Source of the DNA: Saccostrea cucullata
Taxonomy: Eukaryota
DNA: 64,000 bases
NCBI RefSeq assembly: GCF_032062105.1
Contig: NW_026935306.1
Location: forward strand, 1-64,000
Reading direction: 5' to 3'
Positions 39,401-49,628 of the stretch are shown here, piece by piece. The notes under the pieces are model-generated. The model saw only the letters and a list, made by a program, of their open reading frames with translations, was not told where the DNA came from and did not search any database. The translations under genes and the position numbers were made by a program. How positions within the stretch are numbered: the stretch's first letter is position 1; every line of letters begins with the position of its first letter.

Positions 39401-42400
39401 CGTTTTATCTTATGTTTGGACGTCATCCCAAGATTATGATACCCATCGATTTTCTACTTGGAGCTTTGGACAGTGACGATGATGATCAAATGACGACTGA
39501 CGAATGGATCAAATCTCACCAGGACCGACTAAAATACGCGTTCGACAAAGCAAGTGATCATACGTCTCTGATGGCCAAAAACAGGAAGTCGACCAACGAC
39601 AGAAAAGCCTTTGACCCGGAATTGAATACTGATGACAAAGTGTACGTTCGAAACCGTCAAATCCGCGGCAGAAACAAAAGTCTATTAAATTTTTGCATTT
39701 TATTTATTAAGTCCAAGTTATAAGCTCAAGTGTTTTTCATATTTTTGAGAGAAAGGTATTTTAAACTATGATTTTGACGTTTTTGGGCTTAGTAAACTTA
39801 AATTTTCTTATTTTTGAAGTGAATAGGAAATAAAAGTATTTTGTCTCAGTGTCTATGTGTATTATGATATTGTATATATGTTTTTGTATTTGTAGATCTG
39901 CCATTGCTTTTTCATTTCCAAATAAATTTATTAAACTGAACCTGCGTTTTCCATTCCCGCTTGGTTACAATAAGAATGCCTAAAAGCGCAAAAATTTACA
40001 TCTATTTCCTTATGTATCTTTTAAACTAAAAATAATTTGTTAAGACATGTTTCACAAATATTGTGCATAATTTTAAGATCTATCATTTGACATCATTAAA
40101 AAGGGGCTGGCCCCTCAAATTTGGGGCCAAGGTCGCTCGAAAGTTTTTGCTTTATAACTTAAAAACGGTAAATGTTTCGATATGATTATCGATTTGAAAT
40201 GGGTTCTTTAGCATCTTATTCATCTCATGAAAACGTTATTTTGTTCTAGTCATGTTTTATTAGATGAGCAGAAAACTTTATAGTCCATGTACAGGTAAGT
40301 GATTTTATACGGCAAGTGAAGAAGAATTCTATATGCGTACGCGTATAACACGTATAACTGAAATTATCTGGATAAGAATAATATACCTAGCTAAATTGAA
40401 TGTTAAACTTTGTTGAAATAAGATTTTTAACGTATTCTCTAGCTGGATGTCATACAGATTATTCAGAGACAACTTTCTCCCTGTGTTTAGTGTGAAGAAC
40501 AAGACGGGAGAGAGGAAAAATACTTTTAAGTATTAATATTCAATGTAGCATTATTTATTTTTAAAAAAATTCAAGCTTAAGATAATTCACTGTCATTCAA
40601 TTCATGCATCGTGAATTTTCCTCGGACCCTGAAAGTTTCGTGTGTACAGTGTGCGTGTTTTGTGTGTACAGTTATCACATGGTTATGAAACCCGTTTATC
40701 GATCGCGCATTGAACTGTATGCATTCGTGAGGTCAACATTACCGCTCTTTGATTTTTACTAGAGTCCTAGATTTAAGATCAAGAAAACATGTCATTTGCA
40801 CTAATCGTAAGAATATTTCTATACACAAATTTTAAGGTTTTCTTGAACCTGATTTAAAAGTGTTCAATGTCGGATTCTATTCTAAAAGGTGCTGCGTTTA
40901 CGCGCGCTTTTCTCATCTGCTGAGGTATCTATGGACGAGTTCATCGGTTACACTGAAGGGTGACACAGGATGACCTATCGATAACTCTGCCAATTTTGAT
41001 AGTGATTTTAATTGCACATGTACCATAAACATGTTTAATTAATGTTTAATTCTACCCTTGTGAAGTCCATTATAGTCTCATTATTTAAAAAAATTGGGGA
41101 TATCAATACTGCAACTTGTTTTTGATTTGTGCGGATGATTCTATTATTGGAAAGGCACACACGTAGTACGACGATTTTTTAGGCCCCGTCTCCCCCTCCA
41201 CTTTGAAGTAATTGCAATCGTAACATGTATACGGGCCTATATCAAGTTATTCTAATTGCTTTATATCAGAAAAATTTGCGATGTTGTTTAAATTAGCAAA
41301 TACCTATAAACATTGCACAGTAAATTGTAAGTGGAAGTGACGTTTCCAATTCTCATGAAAATCGTAAATGAAGCAACTTGGAGATTTGCATGAATTGATA
41401 CATAACTTATAATTGCATTGTACCGAATGTATTCCTTTTATTTCCTCGAATAAAAAGAATATCACTATGATACGATTTTACGGGTACATGATGGTAACTA
41501 AATACATGCTGTTTTATACGGAAGAGCCCCCAAAATATATACATTCCAAGCTTTCAGAATACGAGAGAAAAAAAATGAATAATTAGAAATTTTTTTTAAC
41601 AAATTCAAAATTGTTTCCGAGAAAGCCATGTAGTTGCATACAAATATTCCAAGCCATTCTTTCGTGTTTATTGGACTAAAAGAGATAATTAAATTTCCTC
41701 TCATCGCGATACGTAACCCCCCTTCCCTCAAATGATACGTTTTCCTTCAGAGTCGAGAATGTCAGTTGGTTAGTTTGTTCAGGTACGTACAGGTCAGGAC
41801 TGGTGTTGAAATCCATGATTAGTCCATAACCTATTATAATGTTAACCAACAATCATACGCGACCTTTTTTTTTATTCACAGGTCGTCAAATAAATGAAAA
41901 AAAGATTAGTATGCGTCACTAAACTTTCCTATATATAAACGTTTTAATTTCTAAAATTTGTGCCGATTAGAGTGTTCATTCGAGCATCGAAGTGGATACA
42001 TGTATTAGTTTCTTTGGGTAAGGGGGGGGGGGGGTACAGTTTTTACTGCGTTCGATTTCCGGAATTTTGCAATGCTTTTCCGACACTTTTAATAATTTCA
42101 TTCCTAACATTCATTTTTTTCATTCTGGATTTTTACACTATATTTCAAGCAATTTAAAGTTAACAAAGAAGATGGAATCATTATTTTAATAGAATATATT
42201 TGGTTAAATTAACACAAGTGAACTTTTGATGAAAATTTATTAAACGAAAGTCAAGCAATAAAAAGTTAAACGTTTTGGTAACTCGGAATAGTCCAGAGTA
42301 AAACTATATTTTCTTGATGAAGGAATGTCCTGTACATCTAATGTTCACGTCCGGGATAGTCCACGGCGGATCTAAAAACTCTCTCATACAACATACGGGA

Positions 42401-45400
42401 TTCACTCAAATTTCAATTAACACATTTACGCAATTTATATCATATACATACAAGACAGACGCTCTTTGATGTAGAGGATTGACACTAATTCCTTAGATAA
42501 ATACTTAGTGACAAATTCCTTTTTACTATGTTTAAACAATATAAATCACTAGCAGCGCAAAGACAGACTTTAAAAAAAAAAATCAGAGGTGGAATCAGGC
42601 GAATTAAATCCTTTGATGGCACCACCAACCCCGTAACGAGACATCTCATCGAAATGACCGGTCTCCGCGTCTTGAACCTCTAAGAACATGTATTGCATGT
42701 TCTTGAATAATATGTATTAATAAGTCTTTAAGGAAATCTCATGTAGGAAACCTGATTTATATTCTAATATATTCTATTGTGTAATTTTTTTTAATTATTC
42801 GTACTTCTCAATCTATCATGTTCAAATTACATGTATTTATTTTTTAGGGAACATTAAACCTTATTCGTCAGCCAGTCTGTCCATCTGTCACGAGAACTTT
42901 AAACTTGATAATAACTATTGAATGAGTTGAAATAGGACTTTGATATTTCACATGAGCATTATTTGTGACATCTGATTTTCAAATATACTGTGATTTTTGA
43001 CCCTGTGACCTTGATCTTGGAGCTTGACCTACTTAAAAAAAATAACTTTACTTTAAATTGACCATAACTTTTGAAAGCTTCCATTTTATAAAAATGTATT
43101 AATTGTGACAACACCTTTTAAAATTCACTAATTTTTTACCCTTTGACCCTGAAGTTTGACCTGCTTTTCAAAAACATTAACAATACTCATACCTTTTGAC
43201 TGAGAAGAGATAGGGCTTTTATTTTATCCCTGTGAATTACCTAAGACAACTCTTTTCTAAATACACTGATTTTTGACAACTTGACCTTGAGGCTTGATCA
43301 TAATTTTTTTAATGAGGAGAGATAGGGCTTTCATATTGCACAAACATCACAATGTCATGTACGTAACCTGTGATAAAATCATATCAAATACTAGTATATC
43401 ATGAACTTTGACCTTGAAGTTTATCCGGCTTTTCCAAAATCTAAACATTGCTTAAAATTGACCATAACTTTTTACACATGTATATTAGCTGTGACAAGGC
43501 CTTTCTAAAAAAAGGTATGGCTTAAATCATGGAGAGTGTGTTATGGCCTTGAATCAAGGTCATTTAGGATAAGATATTTTGACTGGATGCATTGTTTGAA
43601 AAAAACGTGTGAATTTGTCAATACAGTAGCACACAAATTGGGTATGCTCATCACCATCTTGTGTCATGGTGTGGCCCAAGGTCATTTTGACAAGGTCAAG
43701 GTCGCAAACATTCCTTTACTATCACTTTTTTAATCGTAAAACATAATAAGATGATATCTACCCTTAAAAGATTGCTTTATCATTAGAACGTAACATGACC
43801 TTGACTCAAGGTCATTTCTCTCTGTCCGTAGCTCCGACGGAAGACCTACTCGTTGTTTTGCAACGAGCTCGGCTCTAGTTATGATAATGATTAAGTTTTT
43901 ATCAAACAAAATTTGTTTAATATTGTTCATCAATTGTTAATCGTTAATTAATATTGGTAATTGTTAATTAATACTATTAAACTATGTCGATTCCATACAC
44001 TTACCACAAACGTTCAACCACAAAGTTCCCAACGAACACTAGAGTTACTAGTGTAACACCATGGTTCTTCTCTGTCAAAGTTTCTACAGTAGTTCTCTTG
44101 TGCTAGACGAAACATGTGATAAGTGTGTTGATGTGGGATCTGTGAATCCCATCTTTGACAGACTATTCCGGATTTCGTCACGTTTCTGTTTCCTCTATAG
44201 ATGACCCCAGGCAGACGACAATCTGTCTGTGTGGATTTCCCTGAAATATATATTTTTGTCTTTCTAAAATATTACTTTGGAATAAATTGGTTTCGGCAAG
44301 CATTTTCATTTCTTGATTTTGAACACCACTTCTGTTGTATAGGATGCGTTTTAGAATGGTTCAATATCGTTTACAGTATATAAGCTGTAATATACGTACT
44401 AAGGAAAATTTCAAGCAATTGGCTGCTTTCGAGTAATATCTTTCAAACACCTCTTACCTATTTAATATATATTGACTTGATTGAGAGACCATTTCTATAT
44501 TATTTTATACATATTGGATTGATATCTATTCAACACCATTTTCATTTCATAGTATATGTGGACGAATTTTTAAGAAATGTTGCTACAATGAATGACCTTA
44601 TTATTAAGACTTATCGCAGAAACGGATCGAAATGCAAAGTACTTGTATAGTAATCTGATTATTGTCAATCTTTTAAAAAAAAAAACGCCGAAAAACACTT
44701 CCGGGTTTTTAAGTTCTTTGTTGAATAAAAACAATTTTCTCGCAGACTCAGTGTTAATGCCACTCAGTAGGATAATCATTTAAATTTACTATTCAGTTAC
44801 TTGAAATGCTTAGGTAAGGAAATAAACACTTTAGAATGAGTGTTGAGACACTTGCGCGGTTTAGATATTTCTTTGTGGGCTTTTAAAAAAACTACAAATT
44901 TTTAAATTAAATTATGTCGTTTTACACGCTTTAAACAATCAACATAATTCAGAAAAAAAGCTTGAATGAGTTTATGTTACCTCCAGTCAGATGGGCTTTT
45001 TTTCTTTTAGTGGGGTGGAAATGGGTTTGAATTAGGCGAGTGAGAAATATTTTAATTCGCTAAATTATTGCTGATAAATATCAATTATAATATATATTTA
45101 TCTCTCTTTGTAAAAAATTAAAATCGATGTTGAAATATGATTTAATTGTTTTCTTCCCTTATCGGCATATCGTATAAGAAGCCATTTATTTGAGCACATT
45201 TTAAATTTAGTAAAGAGACGATGAAAATATGTTGAAATCAAATACATAAACTGCAGAGATAATTGTTTGTGGGGAAGTAAATTTGTTGAAAATGATGACC
45301 AACTGAATCCACGAACATTGATTACCAATTGCAAAGAACAATTATGATTCCAGCGTACGTGTATGTACTTGTCTTAAACAAGAAAAAACAAACAAAAACA

Positions 45401-45468
45401 AACATGAAAAATGTACTACCTGATACAAAGAAAAGTAAGTTCCCAATCAGCCAAAAATAAGACATCAT
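13466..45468 (-). CDS. Gene A: 18-exon type I membrane receptor (SP-[kringle-6Cys-6Cys-linkers]-S/T stalk-[kringle-6Cys-6Cys-linkers]-TM-ITAM tail); N-terminal unit frameshifted
   Basis: GT-AG exons with compatible phases: 45420-45468, 44005-44240, 33765-33852, 33543-33685, 31662-31771, 30387-30529, 29477-29515, 29016-29072, 27474-27650, 27173-27391, 23088-23175, 22516-22658, 22115-22232, 20755-20897, 20470-20508, 17510-17566, 17336-17402, 13466-14162. Paired exons have matching lengths (88/88, 143/143, 143/143, 39/39, 57/57). Whether this is one gene or two tandem genes needs RNA evidence. Confidence 0.75.
13484..13813 (-). repeat. Coding 33-bp minisatellite, 10 units ([11 protein letters not shown])
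   Basis: + strand unit ttgacttctgcttgagactcctttacttcatca; central units identical. Confidence 0.95.
14740..15160. mobile_element. Partial Helentron-like element with Cg170-type unit and (ACG)n
   Basis: Similar to 18160-18510; gacgac microsatellite; ends tgagctaaaa. Confidence 0.7.
16725..17245. repeat. Old inverted-repeat element (~90-bp degenerate arms)
   Basis: 16730-16820 is reverse-complementary to 17150-17240 (ORF track echoes [10 protein letters not shown] / [10 protein letters not shown]). Confidence 0.65.
17336..17402 (-). CDS. Gene A exon 17, transmembrane helix
   Basis: tttcag|[22 protein letters not shown]|gtatg; phase 2 joins basic stop-transfer [10 protein letters not shown]. 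Confidence 0.85.
17510..17566 (-). CDS. Gene A exon 16, juxtamembrane linker
   Basis: [19 protein letters not shown], 57 nt, phase 1-1. Confidence 0.8.
17583..18510. mobile_element. Complete non-autonomous Helentron-like (CvA/HINE-type) element with ~4 x 166-bp Cg170-like repeats
   Basis: Starts aacaagaggccc..gctcacctgag; unit ggggtcatgatttgaacaaacttgaatctacac at ~17664/17830/17996/18163; gacagac tract; end gctcacttgagcctttggctcaggtgagctaaaa. Confidence 0.85.
18680..20039 (+). mobile_element. Full-length Tc1/mariner transposon, transposase pseudogene
   Basis: TIR cagtgcagtgccataagtgtttc / gaaacacttatggcacggcactg, TA TSD; [28 protein letters not shown]; stops and frameshifts. Confidence 0.93.
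20470..20508 (-). CDS. Gene A exon 15 (39 nt)
   Basis: [13 protein letters not shown], phase 1-1. Confidence 0.8.
20755..20897 (-). CDS. Gene A exon 14, 6-Cys module 4, second half
   Basis: [47 protein letters not shown]|gtaag; 143 nt. Confidence 0.85.
22115..22232 (-). CDS. Gene A exon 13, 6-Cys module 4, first half
   Basis: [39 protein letters not shown]; 118 nt, phase 1-2. Confidence 0.85.
22516..22658 (-). CDS. Gene A exon 12, 6-Cys module 3, second half
   Basis: [47 protein letters not shown]|gtgag; 143 nt. Confidence 0.85.
23088..23175 (-). CDS. Gene A exon 11, 6-Cys module 3, first half
   Basis: [28 protein letters not shown]; AG/GT flanked, 88 nt. Confidence 0.85.
23650..24500 (-). 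mobile_element. Penelope-like (Naiad-type) retroelement fragment, RT 5' part fused to 3' end
   Basis: [47 protein letters not shown]; internal deletion; SINE tail (attg)n at ~23590-23650. Confidence 0.85.
25930..27050 (+). mobile_element. Penelope-like (Naiad-type) RT C-terminal fragment with 3' end, spanning a gap
   Basis: [39 protein letters not shown] remnants; conserved 3' motif at ~26900-26990. Confidence 0.8.
25986..26123. other. Assembly gap
   Basis: Run of N. Confidence 1.
27173..27391 (-). CDS. Gene A exon 10, kringle domain 2 (intact)
   Basis: [51 protein letters not shown]; six Cys, 219 nt, phase 1-1. Confidence 0.95.
27474..27650 (-). CDS. Gene A exon 9, Ser/Thr/Pro-rich stalk
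   Basis: [39 protein letters not shown]..; internal SPEHP repeat; phase-1 donor at 27474 (or 27468). Confidence 0.7.
29016..29072 (-). CDS. Gene A exon 8 (57-nt linker)
   Basis: ccttag|[19 protein letters not shown]|gtaag; paralog 17510-17566. Confidence 0.8.
29477..29515 (-). CDS. Gene A exon 7 (39 nt)
   Basis: ttttcag|[13 protein letters not shown]|gtattt; paralog 20470-20508 [13 protein letters not shown]. Confidence 0.8.
30387..30529 (-). CDS. Gene A exon 6, 6-Cys module 2, second half
   Basis: [47 protein letters not shown]|gtaag; 143 nt; paralog 20755-20897. Confidence 0.85.
31662..31771 (-). CDS. Gene A exon 5, 6-Cys module 2, first half (+1 insertion)
   Basis: [22 protein letters not shown] then +1 base; the ancestral frame would read [14 protein letters not shown], matching paralog 22115-22232. 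Confidence 0.8.
33056..33232 (-). mobile_element. SINE 3' half (same family as 372-718)
   Basis: (attg)n tail + tgtttaacgtccc..gctcggcactt..gacacgggacctc; shorter tail fragment at ~31160-31203. Confidence 0.75.
33543..33685 (-). CDS. Gene A exon 4, 6-Cys module 1, second half
   Basis: [47 protein letters not shown]; 143 nt, phase 2-1; paralog 22516-22658. Confidence 0.85.
33765..33852 (-). CDS. Gene A exon 3, 6-Cys module 1, first half
   Basis: tttcag|..[28 protein letters not shown]|gtaag; paralogous to 23088-23175 and 2708-2792. Confidence 0.85.
35057..36049 (+). pseudogene. gag: Gypsy gag with CCHC knuckle
   Basis: ATG 35057, in-frame TAA at 35162-35164; [14 protein letters not shown]; GGAAAAC putative slippery site near 36029. 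Confidence 0.85.
36049..39678 (+). pseudogene. pol: Gypsy pol (protease, RT, RNase H, integrase), disrupted
   Basis: LVDTGS; FLDD; ETDAS; HDNLGH..CKRCERC; IDF/SDQG/ERFNR; TAG at 36391, frameshifts near 36630 and 38195; 3' end deleted. Confidence 0.93.
42850..43880. repeat. Degenerate Helentron-like element with tgaccttga-rich tandem units
   Basis: Repeated tgaccttgaagtttgacc / ttgaccataactttt motifs; ends ggaagacctactcgttg..ctctagtt. Confidence 0.55.
44005..44240 (-). pseudogene. Gene A exon 2, kringle domain 1 with 1-bp deletion
   Basis: [69 protein letters not shown] then TGA (44014-44016); 236 nt vs 237 nt for paralog exon 2932-3168. Confidence 0.9.
45420..45468 (-). CDS. Gene A exon 1, signal peptide
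   Basis: [20 protein letters not shown]|gtagta, phase 1; joins GKSTQTDC of the kringle exon; homologous to the paralog exon at 6327-6360. Confidence 0.75.
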
Positions 45469-47288
45469 AAAGACAGTTTTTATATATATAAATAAGATAT
45501 TCAACAAAATTTGGCACTCAAGGGATCATACGTATGACAAAAAGGTGTTCCTAAAGGCACTGGGCTTATAAGCACACGTTTCACCCCCGTATGCGTAATG
45601 CACTTATCATGCTTCAGCAGGGAAGTTTTATACGCCTATTTTTTTCCATTTATTTAATTCTTCTACTTAGAAGTTGAATTGTTTTAATCAGTTAGTGGGG
45701 TTGTCATGTACGTGCATCTTATTTTCAGCCCAAATTTATGAAAATTCTGTAAAAACTATTTACTGTAACAGTTACAATACATATGAATATACATATATAC
45801 ATGTAATAATTATTCGTTACTTGTACATTCATCATCAATGTTTTTCTTTTTTTTTTTGTACAGTGTAATGTGGCATTAGGTACGTTTCAGTGGCGGATTT
45901 AAGGGGGGGGGGCGCACCCGGCGCCCCCCCCCCCCCCCCTAAAATTGTCAAAGTTAGTGTAAATCAGTAATTCTGTTAAAAAAATTAATGAATCTACAGT
46001 CTAAAGACCCACCTGTGAGTGAATGAGTAATAAGTATTATAGTAAGGATAGGATATGTTTTAATTAAGCTTTTCTAGACAGGTTACCTTTGCACCCGTAA
46101 GACCTCGTTACTATGCGATTTTCACTGTAAGCACAGATAATGTTCTGCCTGAGACAGGAATATTATTGAGGAATTTGTAAACTTCTCTTTGTACGTGGTA
46201 ACTAAATTCTTTTTCATGATGTCATTCTGTTTATTTTTCAGAAAGATATATAACATAAACGATGTCATAATTATTAACATGCGTGATGGTCAAACATGCT
46301 GTGATTCAATATTTCTAAATTTGCTTAGAGTTTTTGGCAAACTAAACATTTGTTGGTAGTATAATATTTACTTTTGTTTAAGTTCTTGGAGTATATTTTT
46401 CCTTTTTTTTTTTACCAATTAATTCCATTTCGAATTAAATTATAAACAATGGACCCGTTGTACACTGTCAGTGTGCTGAGCAGCATGCAGTGAGTACGGC
46501 CGTATGCAGCTACAATTCACATAAATCAGTCAATCACATAACAATATGTTTATTCTTTAAGTAATTATCAGAATTCCACGAGAAGTGAAGCAAAATCTGA
46601 CATTTATATCTTCAGCAGCTTAACAATTCAGGCTTTAATAGGCACTGAATGTCGTGAACAATCTGCTGATTGTAACTCAGCTAAAAGCATAAAAACTTAT
46701 AAAAGAATTGCCACCCATTTCCATTACCCTTTAAAGGTCAAGTACCTAAATTAAATTTTAATTTGCACACACAAAATATATCTGATATTATAAAGACCGG
46801 TAGTACATGTTAATTATTGAAATGTGCATATTAGTTTACGTACCTAACACGTATAGGGATTTCGTTAATTTTTTAGCTCTTAAACTTTCCTTTGATCCGC
46901 CTGTTCATTTATTACGCAGTTCGCTGTATATGCACACGAGAGGTTTTCTAAATTATATCGTCGATCTAGTTTCCGATCATGAAGAAAAGAAAAATATTCG
47001 ATTACTTTAAAACAAAAGACTCAGAGGATGGCAGAAAAAGGTATTTTTTAACCCTCAATTATGTAATAAATTATGTATGCCTGATTTTTTATGTAATTTT
47101 TTGCAATGGCCTACAGATGTCGATCTTACAAGTTTCGTGAAACTACTCACAACGTTTTGTATGTTTAGATTTCAGCAAAGCAAAAGCATGCATGGTTTAA
47201 CTTTAATAAAGGAATGATTAGATGACTGTCCGAAGCTTTTACAATTTTCTCACATGATATACATGTTCATGTATCTCAGACGTACAAT

Positions 47289-47541
47289 CACAGGCACCTG
47301 TAGTATGGATAATACCCCCCTCCCCCTTTTTTTTTAAATGAATATACACGTTTATTTTTATTATACGGAATAGGGCGATTTTTTAAAGTGAGAACAAGTA
47401 CAATATGCTTGCATATAACGACATATAGATGTGTTTGACTAGACAATTATATATTTTTTAGGTATTATACACTCTCAGTTTACATTTTTTTTCATTTAAA
47501 AAAAGGGGGGGGGGGTATTATCTATACTTCAGGTGCCTGTG
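47289..47541. mobile_element. MITE with CACAGG termini and 7-bp TSD (P/Galileo-like)
   Basis: cacaggcacctgtagtatggataataccccc / gggggtattatctatacttcaggtgcctgtg; gtacaat on both sides. Confidence 0.8.
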
Positions 47542-47725
47542 GTACAATCTTTATTCACACGCTGATTTTCGTTTTCTCCATTTACGTAGGCTATTCGTTT
47601 ACACAATAACAATGGTCAAATACAACATCGAAAAACCATAACCGATTCAATTTTTTGACTAAATATTTTAATAATTTAACATTATTGACCAATTTTCTTC
47701 ATCACATTAGCAAAAAGAATCAAAG

Positions 47726-47872
47726 TACTGTATGCAGGGTTGTTTTCGCCCCGTGTTATTTTCGCCCTTTTGAACTTGTGAACAATTTTGCCCCGTTTTA
47801 AATTCGCCCAGTCAAGGAGAGGGCAAAAGGGGCGAAAATAAAACGGGGGCGAAAATTTCCCTGTATACAGTA
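47726..47872. mobile_element. TA-flanked Tc1/mariner-type MITE
   Basis: tactgtatgcaggg..ttttcgcccc / ggggcgaaaatttccctgtatacagta. Confidence 0.75.
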
Positions 47873-47955
47873 TTCGTGCGTGCATTAAATGGACTTTTTA
47901 TTTTTTCGACTTCCAGAAAGAGTCTGAAATCTTTTTTTTAACTTTTCATATCAGA

Positions 47956-48520
47956 CTTTTATGCAATGGTACAATACACCAGGGCCAGTTTGAAGGGGGC
48001 GGGAAACAATGTGTTTGTATATCAGTTTGTTTTCTTGCTGCTACACGAATTCCACAGACTTCTTTGGAAATTGATAATATTTTAAAAGCAGGGACACATC
48101 TGTTTCATAAAATTTCCCAGCAAAACGAATATTTAATGATTGCAGATCTTCAACAGAAACTGGTTATATGTGGAATTGAATATTCATTAGCTATCCTTGA
48201 CCCAAGAGCTGGTTTGATCTCCTACACCGATGATAATCCCGATTCCCTTGCATTCACCCTGGAGTCAGCTATGAGATTAAGCTTTGAAGAGACAAATGTA
48301 TGTTTTCTCACAGTTGGGAATTCTCCAGGTAGTCAGTTGGAATTCGAAAAGATGCAACTTTGTACACAGTTTTTGATTCTCATAGCAGGGACAATAATGG
48401 CAGATGTGTTCCAGACGGAAAAGCTGTTGTACTCCAGTTCTCTAACTTATCAGAGTTGATAACCTATGTAAGAGAAATGGCGGGAAGTTTGAGTCAAATT
48501 GATCAACAGTTTGAAATTAC
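47956..48520 (+). pseudogene. Peptidase C76-like (herpes tegument deubiquitinase-like) domain at the N-terminus of the hAT coding region
   Basis: GTIHQGQFEGGGKQCVCIS..IDNILKAG..YTVFDSHSRD; one frameshift near 48330. Confidence 0.65.
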
Positions 48521-49586
48521 CCCAGTCAAGATTGTCATTGAAGAAGCTCATAGCGAACATTTAGAAACTGTCCCTAATAGCCAAAGCACAGATACTGAAG
48601 ATTTGCCTATTAGAAATTTAGTAGATAGGCAACCAGAACCTCAAGATAACTCTGTTATTCAGACGCAAGAAATACCTGATGTATTACAAACACAAGACGT
48701 CGCTGTTGAACAAACAGAAAACATTTCTGTTATGCAGACACTGGAAGAACCTTTTGATACATTTCTCGCCCAGTCTACTGATTCCCAAACTGAACATGCT
48801 CTTGTGCTACAGACACAAAATGTCTCTTTGGAACAAATACAAGATGAACCTAATGTATCAGAGGATTGCTAAGGAATTAATTTGCCTGACATAAGTGTGT
48901 GTGTGACCAAAAAGCCAATGATCAGATGAAGTTTTTTTTTTTCATTAACAAACGTATCCCAGAACGCAATTTCAAGTTCCCGTCGAAACTCTACGAGGAT
49001 AAAAGGAAAGCAAGCGGCGAAATAAAACGAGACTGTCAATGGGAGTGGTTCAGTATTTTTAGTTTTATTGGCTATTCTAAATTACAGGATGGCATTTACT
49101 GCATTGCTTGTAGTTTTTTCCGGACAGTTCTCATCGATGTGGAAAGAAATTTATAATGGAACCATGCAGAAACTGGAAGGATGCGAAAGAGGATTTAAAG
49201 AACCATGCTGTAACTGAATATCACTTGTCATCAATGGCTAGAATGAGAGCTTTCTTAGATACTTACCAAGTCCCTTCAAAACGCGTTGATGCTTCTGTAG
49301 ACGTATGCGCTGCTGAAAGAATAAAACAGAATCGGAAAATTCTTAAGTCGATTACAAAATCACTGATCTTTTGTGGTCGACGCGGAATCGCTTCACGTGG
49401 ACACAGAGATGACGACACAGGAAAATGTAATGAATACAACCATGGGAATTTTAAAGAACTCTTGAACTTTCGAATAGACTCTGGGGATCACATTTTAGCC
49501 GAACATTTGCAAAAAAAGTAAAAAAAAAAAATGCAAAATACACCTCTACAACATGCCAAAATGAATTACTAGGGTGTATTAAGAGT

Positions 49587-49628
<42 letters not shown>

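Larger units (their letters stand above)
34315..39969 (+). mobile_element. Gypsy/Ty3 LTR retrotransposon, defective, in intron 2 of gene A (antisense)
   Basis: TG..CA ends, ATAA TSD; 5' LTR 34315-34875, PBS tggcgtcgcc at ~34878; 3' LTR remnant 39679-39969; gag-PR-RT-RH-IN order. Confidence 0.97.
33925..40190. mobile_element. Helentron-like element split by the Gypsy insertion
   Basis: Hairpin aaggtcttccgctcaggcggaagacctt; flanks rejoin as ggggtcaaaaataagaatgcctaaaa, like the reverse of ~12925-12955. Confidence 0.65.

Noticed and set aside
40200-43980. Short ORFs of 60-80 aa in the ORF track here and in other introns
   Set aside because: AT-rich, F/L/I/K-biased, no motifs or splice support; expected by chance
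2897-44240. Plasminogen / apolipoprotein(a) / HGF annotation for the kringle exons
   Set aside because: No PAN or serine protease exons found; kringles lead to 6-Cys modules and a TM
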